Assembly (NCBI GenBank): GCA_048885865.1
Contig: JBHLLF010000061.1
Span: 1 to 13,689, forward strand
Source: Candidatus Hermodarchaeota archaeon
Lineage (GTDB): Archaea > Asgardarchaeota > Thorarchaeia > Thorarchaeales > Thorarchaeaceae
Reading direction: 5' to 3'
Length of the DNA stretch: 13,689 nucleotides
The position numbers and the translations under genes were made by a program. The notes beneath the pieces are model-generated. The model saw only the letters and a program-made list of their open reading frames with translations. It made no database searches and was not told where the DNA came from. This document shows, one piece after another, positions 1-5,920 of the stretch. The first letter of the stretch is position 1. The number at the start of each line of letters is the position of its first letter.

Positions 1-164
1 CTCCTACGGTGGATTAACGCCAGTTTCCCGGCGGTGTCCACCTCCACAGGGTAGGTTAGCGACACTACTGAGCCGTTCGCGACGGACTCGGATGCGAGCC
101 CGTTCCACTTGCATGTCTTAACCCCAAGCCGATAGCAGTGTCCTCTAGCAGGATCAACTAGAGT
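1..164 (-). rRNA. rrs: 16S rRNA, 5' end (continues beyond the left edge of the window)
   Basis: Minus strand from 164 reads ACTCTAGTTGATCCTGCTAGAGG...TAAGACATGCAAGT...ACGGCTCAGTA...TAACCTACCC...CGGGAAACTG, collinear with the archaeal 16S 5' domain (ATTCCGGTTGATCCTGCCGGA...). The exact mature 5' end is +/- a few nt. Confidence 0.96.
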
Positions 165-457
165 TGATCACAATCATACACCTTAGCAAGGTAGACCTGA
201 GTAGTAGAAGGTCTAGTGTACGACTTTTTTACACACATGAACTTAGCTTGATGAAGTACAGGCGTAACGGGGATAGTTGGTGAACTTACCCAATTAACCT
301 GCACACTGCTGAGCATATCTTAGACAAGAGGGGATTCCAGCACAGTCGCACCGGTCTATCTCGTGTCCGCATCTTATTCTCGCGCCTGGAAATCGCGGAC
401 CATCATCGCTTGGCATTCGCCGACAGCATCAGGTCTGACACCGTTAGGGCGCGAAGG
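165..457 (-). other. 16S pre-rRNA 5' leader (external transcribed spacer)
   Basis: Lies between the TATA/BRE at 481-495 and the 16S 5' end. Contains several hairpins (minus strand: GGTGTCAG/CTGATGCT, GTCCGC/GCGGAC, GTGCAGG/CCTGTAC, TAGACCT/AGGTCTA). TSS estimated from TATA spacing. Confidence 0.7.
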
Positions 458-480
458 CAGTAGCAATCCCGCGGCATCCG

Positions 481-495
481 AATAAAAAGCTTTCC
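481..495 (-). promoter_or_regulatory. rRNA promoter (BRE + TATA)
   Basis: Minus strand GGAAAGC-TTTTTATT: purine-rich BRE followed by an archaeal TATA box, pointing toward the 16S. Confidence 0.75.
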
Positions 496-560
496 AAGGG
501 TCCACTGTTTCAGCCCCCTTTGCGCAATTCGAAACACAACGAAGGACCCTTGGCACATGA

Positions 561-1595
561 TTAGGTTGTCATCGTTTGTTCTGGAGTCTTTTCCCGACCC
601 ACGAAACCGACTATACTGACCAGCAATAGCAGGGTTGGTCCAACGATTAATCCAGACCATGTGAAAACGGCAAGGCCAGAGAATAAAGCTAGCTTCAGGA
701 TGCCGCTGGAGTCATTCTTCCACCCGGTCTTAAGAGCCCTCAGCGTAGCTATGCCAATTAATATCGGGAATGATGCGAAGAGTAGCGTTACTACCACCTG
801 AGCGTTTGCAGTAACTTGAAGCAAGGCCCAGACCATCTGATACAGGAGTGCCAGTCCACTACCAATGAACAGGAGTCCAGAGATGACACCAGCCCATGTC
901 AGAGCGTCATTCTCGATTCCTTGTTCTTTGCCTCTTCTTGAGTAGAAGATGATGCCAAGAATAAGAGTAATGAGCCATGGAGATAGGATGGCCAAAATGT
1001 GCTGCCCTTCCCATAGATGGATTATCATTACATTGAAAGCCACAAGAATCCACTCATCAAATGTGAACTCCTCTTGGAACCCAATAGCAAGGGCATATCT
1101 CTCATGTTCTGCCTCGTCATAGATTGCTAAGTAGTATGTCCCGGTTTCAGGAATTGTGGTGTCAATGTCAAGGATTTCGAAAAAGGCAGACGGTGTGAAC
1201 CCCTCATACTCTTGAAGGAGTGAGAGGTCATCGTAGATCACATAGCCTGCACCTTGAGGTATCTCGATGTAGTCTGGAGCCGGAGTGGTATTAGCTATTC
1301 CCGGCCCAATTAGAATAAGGATAGGCCGAAACGCAGAAGCCTCTAGTTCTGCAGGTAAGTTCAGTATGAGTCGTAGCCGATCTCCAGCACTCATATCAAA
1401 TGTGTAATAGTGAGCTTCACCGGCTTCATGTAGCTCATGATACATGACCCAAGACTTCAAGGGGTCCTCTATTTCTAGTGCTGTGTCAAGACTGCTACCC
1501 GGTTCACCTCCCACCGGTACATGTGCAGTAGCACCTTGGGCAAGAATGAGTAGAATCACAGCGGCGGCTAAGAATAAAACAGGGCGATTTCGCAT
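561..1595 (-). CDS. Uncharacterised membrane protein: signal peptide, extracellular beta-rich (PPC-like) domain beginning with His, and about 4-5 C-terminal TM helices
   Basis: 344 aa. Signal peptide MRNRPVLFLAAAVILLILAQGATA|HVP with an AxA site; YYTFDMSAGDRLRL...PETGTYYLAI resembles PPC-type beta-sandwiches; hydrophobic C-terminal third. A TATA ~24-29 nt upstream suggests a leaderless mRNA. Confidence 0.85.
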   Translation of the reverse strand: MRNRPVLFLAAAVILLILAQGATAHVPVGGEPGSSLDTALEIEDPLKSWVMYHELHEAGEAHYYTFDMSAGDRLRLILNLPAELEASAFRPILILIGPGIANTTPAPDYIEIPQGAGYVIYDDLSLLQEYEGFTPSAFFEILDIDTTIPETGTYYLAIYDEAEHERYALAIGFQEEFTFDEWILVAFNVMIIHLWEGQHILAILSPWLITLILGIIFYSRRGKEQGIENDALTWAGVISGLLFIGSGLALLYQMVWALLQVTANAQVVVTLLFASFPILIGIATLRALKTGWKNDSSGILKLALFSGLAVFTWSGLIVGPTLLLLVSIVGFVGREKTPEQTMTT

Positions 1596-1604
1596 AATAT
1601 TTCC

Positions 1605-1628
1605 ATTAACTATTGTTAATATAAGAAG
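1605..1628 (-). promoter_or_regulatory. TATA box of the 344-aa gene overlapped by an inverted repeat (candidate operator)
   Basis: Minus strand TTATATT at 1624-1618; ATTAAC-TATT-GTTAAT at 1605-1620 lies between the TATA and the ATG. Confidence 0.6.
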
Positions 1629-1714
1629 TTTGCTATTGGTATCACTAGGAAAGGCTCGTTGATTTCAACATGGATTAAGCAAAGCTGGTACTGGTCGATG
1701 AGTAATACTTCCAT

Positions 1715-1821
1715 AGAATAAAAGGTGATGGAAGGGCGGGGCGAGAACCCCGCCTTTCATTAGCAGAGCCTGGAGGTTATGGCTGCTGCACGCAGTTGTC
1801 GAGCTTCTTCCATCAAATCTG
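1715..1821 (-). ncRNA. Candidate structured small RNA / leader RNA (unassigned family)
   Basis: TATA (TTTATATT, 1851-1844) upstream; 9-bp closing stem TGATGGAAG/CTTCCATCA (1815-1807 with 1734-1726); hairpins GCAG-C-AGCC/GGCT-CTGC and GGCGGGG/CCCCGCC; followed by CCTTTTATT. The strand is inferred from the promoter and U-tract. Confidence 0.5.
1760..1813 (-). CDS. Candidate 17-aa leader peptide / small ORF MEEARQLRAAAITSRLC
   Basis: ATG lies ~8 nt after the predicted TSS and ends in tandem TAA TGA at the base of the GC hairpin. Too short to support by composition. Confidence 0.25.
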   Translation of the reverse strand: MEEARQLRAAAITSRLC

Positions 1822-1843
1822 TATATCAGACATACGAATCGTG

Positions 1844-1851
1844 AATATAAA
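1844..1851 (-). promoter_or_regulatory. TATA box for the candidate small RNA/leader
   Basis: Minus strand TTTATATT, flanked by the inverted repeat ACGAATC (1835-1841)/GATTCGT (1877-1883). Could also act on the + strand (AATATAAA). Confidence 0.5.
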
Positions 1852-1972
1852 GGCAGGATGAACGATAACTCTGTATGATTCGTCTAGCAAGACTCTCCGC
1901 AGAAATATGACTGAAAATCGAAGAAATCGCTTTCTAGCAGCGGGGATTAATCACCAATTCACTCAATTGTCA

Positions 1973-1987
1973 TGGATGAATCATCCA
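1973..1987. promoter_or_regulatory. Palindrome TGGATGA-A-TCATCCA, candidate operator
   Basis: Perfect 7-1-7 inverted repeat 46 bp upstream of the membrane protein/wHTH operon. Confidence 0.45.
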
Positions 1988-2033
1988 ATCACAATAAAGA
2001 CGCAAGAGGAAAGTCTAGGAAAGGCGTACGTCA

Positions 2034-2663
2034 ATGCAGGCAGAAGTGATCGCATTAATCAGACTCGACCTGCTCTTTGAGAGCATCAGTGGCATAATTG
2101 CCATGATAATCGCATACTACGCTACGAAGGCCTACAACCTGACTGAACAGAAGAGGCTCTCTGACCTATCCACGGGCTTCTTGGTCCTTGCAATTGGAAT
2201 GTTCAGCCATGTCATTGGAACATGGTGGTTCTTTGTAAGACTTGGAATAGAAGGCCCAGTCCCTGATTTGGAAACGACTATCAATGTGGTCACTCTTACA
2301 TACCATTTCCTGCAGATCATGGCCTATGTGTTGTTTGCCATTTCCACAAGAAGAGGTGGAAGAATCAAGCAACCCGAGATGGTCATGTTCATGGCACTGC
2401 CCATCCTGATTGATGCGAATCTCGAACTGATTACGGTATTCCTGATGTTGGTTGTTGTCTTGCAGGCATTGCTTAACTATGCAATGGGAAGGAGCAGATT
2501 CGGGCTGTATGTGCTAGGTGGATTCTTCCTGATTTTTCTGAGCCACATATTCCTTCTTACTGCAGGAGAGAATGTCATCAGATATCTCCTAAGTCAGGCA
2601 TTACAACTCCTTGGCTTCTTGACACTCTTGCTCATGCTGTATAAGGTAGGCAAAGCGGAATGA
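2034..2663 (+). CDS. Uncharacterised 6-TM membrane protein built from two 3-TM repeats
   Basis: 209 aa with six hydrophobic segments. E16/A30/Y34/G48-F49 recur as E131/A145/Y149/G163-F164; SH and LQ motifs occur in both halves. Confidence 0.88.
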   Translation: MQAEVIALIRLDLLFESISGIIAMIIAYYATKAYNLTEQKRLSDLSTGFLVLAIGMFSHVIGTWWFFVRLGIEGPVPDLETTINVVTLTYHFLQIMAYVLFAISTRRGGRIKQPEMVMFMALPILIDANLELITVFLMLVVVLQALLNYAMGRSRFGLYVLGGFFLIFLSHIFLLTAGENVIRYLLSQALQLLGFLTLLLMLYKVGKAE

Positions 2664-2953
2664 GTAGAAAACGGGCGTATCGCTCCAAGATGCGCATCCT
2701 CGCCGATATGATGCGCGCCATCCAGAGTGAGGGTGAGGACGGAGCAGGTCCGACAAAGATACTCTATGCTGCCAATCTTTCCCATGATAGATTGACTCAG
2801 TATCTTGATGAGCTTGAGGATAAGGAACTTATCAATCGGATTGGAGATGGTGAAAGCAACAGAGTCTATCATCTCACAGAGAAGGGGAGAGAGTTCCTGA
2901 GTGAGTTTGCGAAGATGGAGAAGTTTTCCGAGGCATTTGGAATCGAGATTTAA
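2660..2953 (+). CDS. Archaeal winged-helix DNA-binding protein (COG3432/Sso10a-like HTH)
   Basis: RSKMRILADM...TKILYAANLS...YLDELEDKELI...YHLTEKGREFL matches the family pattern. ATGA overlap with the upstream gene. Confidence 0.9.
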   Translation: MSRKRAYRSKMRILADMMRAIQSEGEDGAGPTKILYAANLSHDRLTQYLDELEDKELINRIGDGESNRVYHLTEKGREFLSEFAKMEKFSEAFGIEI

Positions 2954-2962
2954 CGATGCCTC

Positions 2963-2974
2963 AAAGGTTTTAAG
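2963..2974 (+). promoter_or_regulatory. tRNA-Ala promoter (BRE+TATA)
   Basis: AAAGG-TTTTAAG ~27 nt before the tRNA. Confidence 0.7.
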
Positions 2975-3001
2975 AAATACATCTTGGAGTCTCAAAGCCA
3001 T

Positions 3002-3109
3002 GGGCCGGTAGATCAGACTGGTAGATCGTCTGATTCGCAAAATCATAGGATTTTCCCTGTGAATCGGGTCTTCAGAAGGTCGCGAGTTCAAATCTCGCCC
3101 GGTCCACCA
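3002..3109 (+). tRNA. tRNA-Ala(CGC) with a 31-nt intron at 37/38 (3040-3070); CCA encoded
   Basis: Acceptor GGGCCGG/CCGGTCC with G3:U70, A73, CCA; D-stem GATC/GATC; anticodon stem TCTGA/TCAGA, loop TT-CGC-A; T-arm GCGAG-TTCAAAT-CTCGC. BHB: central helix TTCG/CGGG, bulges CAA and TCT, intron helix AATCATAGG/CCTGTGAAT. Confidence 0.95.
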
Positions 3110-3166
3110 CTCTTCAGCCTCTGCCGGATGCTAATGCATTTTAATGATAATCTCTCAATTTGTGCT

Positions 3167-3562
3167 ATGCCAGAAATTCTACGAAAAGAACTAGACATGA
3201 GTTTCGAAGATGCTGTCAAGAGAGTCGAGAAACTCACTGAGGAAGGAGGCTTCACAATTCTGCTTACCAAGGGTATGCATGATATGTTCAAGAAGAAATT
3301 GGGAATTGATGACTATCCTCGCAGAACGTTTATTCTTGCATGTTCTGCAGACTTAGCAAAGAAAGCGGTTGATGTGTCTCCAGATATGTCCCTTGTCATG
3401 CCATGCAGCTTCGTGATTGCAGAGGAAGACGACAAGGTTGTGGTCACACATTCCTCAATAATGAAGATGGGCGTAGAGCTTGGTTTTGCTCCAGAAGGCC
3501 CAATGAAGCCAATCATAGAGGAAACTGGAGAACGCGTCCATAAAGTATGGGACAGAATTTAG
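3167..3562 (+). CDS. DUF302 family protein
   Basis: Start moved to ATG 3167 because the longer ORF runs through the tRNA. MSFEDAVKRV...GFTIL...KKKLG...ILAC...MPCSFVI is the DUF302 pattern with two Cys. TTTTAAT at 3139-3145 suggests a leaderless transcript. Confidence 0.85.
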   Translation: MPEILRKELDMSFEDAVKRVEKLTEEGGFTILLTKGMHDMFKKKLGIDDYPRRTFILACSADLAKKAVDVSPDMSLVMPCSFVIAEEDDKVVVTHSSIMKMGVELGFAPEGPMKPIIEETGERVHKVWDRI

Positions 3563-3619
3563 ACTCCAGACCAACCAAATACAGCGGGCGAAAGCTTCAC
3601 TAGATACCATAATCTGATT

Positions 3620-4405
3620 ATGGACATGGTCGACCCAATACAGAGTCAGTGGGAAGCCAACTCTCGGGCCTTCGCTGATTTAATAGATCAGAAGGGCACC
3701 CCACATCACCAACACATCCTCAATCCCTGTGTGGAATATCTAATGGGAGATGTGAAAGGGAAGATACTGCTTGATGCCGGATGTGGAGAGGGCTATTTAT
3801 CACGACACTATGCTCAAAAGGGAGCCATCGTCACCGGAGTGGATATCTCAAATGGACTCATCGAGATTTGCAGGTCTCTGCCAGTCAATAATGTCAACTA
3901 TCATGTAGGCGACATCTGTGACCTCGATTTCATTAAGAATCGTAAATTTGACATTGTTCTCTGTAATCTGGTGTTGCTCAATACGCCTTGTCTGAATGAG
4001 GCGCTGAATGAGTTCTATCGAGTCCTTAAGCCGGGTGGGACATTGGTCTTCTCGGTTGTCCATCCATCATTCAACTTCTATGGGCCGGGTAAATGGGAAA
4101 TGGGTGATAGAGACATTGATACTAAGAGAAGAAAGGGATTATTCTTTAGAGTGGATCGATATTTTGATGAGCGGGAGTACGAGCACATATGGAAGACTCG
4201 AACAGGAGAGTATTTCCCGCAGCCGATAAGCTTCTTTCATAGAACGCTCACAACCTATATTCGCGCAGTCATCGACTCTGGTTTCATCATCTCTAGAATT
4301 GAAGAGCCTCGACCCGTGGTTGATGATGATTTCTTTGAGAGAGAACGCAGAATACCATTCTTTTTGGTTGTGAAAGCCAGAAAACCTTCCACCGATAGCA
4401 CCTGA
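3620..4405 (+). CDS. Class I SAM-dependent methyltransferase
   Basis: LLDAGCGEG motif I, VTGVDIS, FDIV, RVLKPGG, then HP and FHRTL motifs. The start could be 3626. Confidence 0.92.
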   Translation: MDMVDPIQSQWEANSRAFADLIDQKGTPHHQHILNPCVEYLMGDVKGKILLDAGCGEGYLSRHYAQKGAIVTGVDISNGLIEICRSLPVNNVNYHVGDICDLDFIKNRKFDIVLCNLVLLNTPCLNEALNEFYRVLKPGGTLVFSVVHPSFNFYGPGKWEMGDRDIDTKRRKGLFFRVDRYFDEREYEHIWKTRTGEYFPQPISFFHRTLTTYIRAVIDSGFIISRIEEPRPVVDDDFFERERRIPFFLVVKARKPSTDST

Positions 4406-4457
4406 TAACCATAAATGTGTGTAAGTCTGCTTGCAATAAGAAGGGGTTTTGAAAGGA

Positions 4458-5348
4458 ATGCCACTGAACCTAGACGAATTGGATTACCTGAGCATGGGAC
4501 AGAGAGTCAGACTGCATCGTCTGATGTATGAACATGGCCCAGGCAATGGCCGCATGCTTCTTTTGCCTATAGACCAAGGGATGGAACATGGCCCAGTTTC
4601 GTTCTTCCCTAATCCACCGAGTGAAGATCCTGAGTTTCAGTTCAAACTCGCTGACGAGGGAGGCTACTCAGGAATTGCCTTGCACCTTGGACTTGCAGAG
4701 AAATATGGTCCGAAATATGCTGGAAAAGTCCCAATCGTACTGAAGGTCAATGGGAAGACAAAGATACCTCCCGACTCTCATGCTATGTCTCCAATGACTG
4801 CTTCTGTTGAGGATGCGGTCAGGATTGGTGCGGACGCCATTGGATACACATTATACGTTGGCAGTCCTCGCCAAGTTGAGGACATGAATCAATTCAGGAA
4901 GGTAAAGGCAGATGCAGACCGCTATGGAATGCCGATAATCCTCTGGTCATATCCTCGTGGTGAGGCGGTTGACAAAAAGGGAGGAAAGAAGTCACTCTAT
5001 GCAATTGACTATGCCGCTAGAATAGCCAACGAACTAGGAGCAGCTGCCGTCAAGCTCAACGTGCCTGAGGAGGACCCGAAGAAACGTTCTGAACAGCCGG
5101 CTCCTTATGACACGCTAGAGCTCAGCTATGAGGAAAGAGTGAGAAAGGTCATCAAGTCTGCAGGAAAGACCTTGGTGCTTTTCTCTGGAGGAAGCATGTT
5201 GAGTGACGAGGACCTTCTATACAGGGCCAAGGTCTGTCTTGAGGAGGGAGCAGCTGGACTCCTCTTTGGTCGAAACCTTTGGCAAAGAAAATGGGAAGAT
5301 GCCTTGGAAATAACCGAGAAACTCAAGAAGATGATGTTGAAACTCTGA
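4458..5348 (+). CDS. fbaB: Class I (DhnA/archaeal IA-type) fructose-bisphosphate aldolase
   Basis: IDQGMEHGP, LKVNGKT, WSYPRG, ELGAAAVK (Schiff-base Lys), SGG, GRNLWQ. Start is ATG 4458 or TTG 4449. Substrate inferred from the family. Confidence 0.88.
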   Translation: MPLNLDELDYLSMGQRVRLHRLMYEHGPGNGRMLLLPIDQGMEHGPVSFFPNPPSEDPEFQFKLADEGGYSGIALHLGLAEKYGPKYAGKVPIVLKVNGKTKIPPDSHAMSPMTASVEDAVRIGADAIGYTLYVGSPRQVEDMNQFRKVKADADRYGMPIILWSYPRGEAVDKKGGKKSLYAIDYAARIANELGAAAVKLNVPEEDPKKRSEQPAPYDTLELSYEERVRKVIKSAGKTLVLFSGGSMLSDEDLLYRAKVCLEEGAAGLLFGRNLWQRKWEDALEITEKLKKMMLKL

Positions 5349-5415
5349 GAAGCTGGAATGTGCTCATCCCAAAGCCTTTTCCTATGGTTTGGTTCTGGTG
5401 CACTGAGTGAGAGGA

Positions 5416-5850
5416 ATGGCTGAGGAACCAAAACATTACACTGTCCAAGTGAATTGGGACCACGACAAAGGAGGATATGTTTCCGCAGAAGGAAAGCAGA
5501 GCATCAAGATGGTCAGACCGAAGGGTGAAGAAAGCGAACTGGATTCCTATACACCAGAGCATCTCTTCGTCGCTTCAGCTACAGCCTGTTTTATGAATTC
5601 ATTCATCTATTTCACCAGAAAAATGCATATCGGATTCAAGTCATTCGAATGCCAAGGAACTGGCATGCTGGAGCAAATTGGAAAGAGTTTCGAGGTCACG
5701 AAGATTGAGATCAAGTCAAGAGTGGTAATCGAGTCTGACGATCTGCGTTCGAAGATTGAAAGAGCCCTCTACCTTGGCCATAAGTACTGCTTCATAGGAA
5801 ACAGCATGAAGGCATCCATTGCCTATGAGGACGAGATAATAGTAGATTGA
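5416..5850 (+). CDS. OsmC/Ohr family protein (paralog 1)
   Basis: TPEHLFVASATACFM...HKYCFIGNSMK, the two-Cys OsmC pattern. ATG 5416 follows GTGAGAGG. Confidence 0.9.
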   Translation: MAEEPKHYTVQVNWDHDKGGYVSAEGKQSIKMVRPKGEESELDSYTPEHLFVASATACFMNSFIYFTRKMHIGFKSFECQGTGMLEQIGKSFEVTKIEIKSRVVIESDDLRSKIERALYLGHKYCFIGNSMKASIAYEDEIIVD

Positions 5851-5920
5851 ACAATGAGTGTTCTCCTATTCCGAACTCTTTTTCCGAATGGCTCGTAGCA
5901 GGAAAACTAAGTGAATCAAG

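Noticed and set aside
374-660. 60-aa and 85-aa minus-strand ORFs
   Set aside because: They overlap the rRNA promoter/leader (and, for the 85-aa ORF, the end of the 344-aa gene) and have no protein-like features.
1726-1815. tRNA-Sec, 5S rRNA or SECIS interpretation of the structured element
   Set aside because: No UCA anticodon loop or TTCRA T-loop; too short and wrong helices for 5S; no tandem G.A quartet partner for a SECIS, and no convincing in-frame-UGA gene nearby.
1755-1818. Resemblance to a fluoride (crcB) riboswitch (GATGG...AACTGC...GCTAATGA)
   Set aside because: The P1 stem and the pseudoknot complement directly after GCTAATGA are missing.
1777-1833. Minus-strand ORF with in-frame TGA (MSDIQI*WKKLDNCVQQP) as a selenopeptide
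   Set aside because: Its ATG is only ~10 nt from the TATA, upstream of the predicted TSS, and there is no redox motif or SECIS.
2006-2015. GAGGAAAGTC resembling the RNase P RNA CR-I motif
   Set aside because: It is followed within 20 nt by a well-supported CDS, and no matching 3' P4 motif was found.
2594-3091. 165-aa minus-strand ORF
   Set aside because: Antisense shadow of the wHTH gene and tRNA.
2984-3166. N-terminal 61 aa of the 192-aa ORF
   Set aside because: It reads through tRNA-Ala; the DUF302 domain and its own TATA start at 3167.
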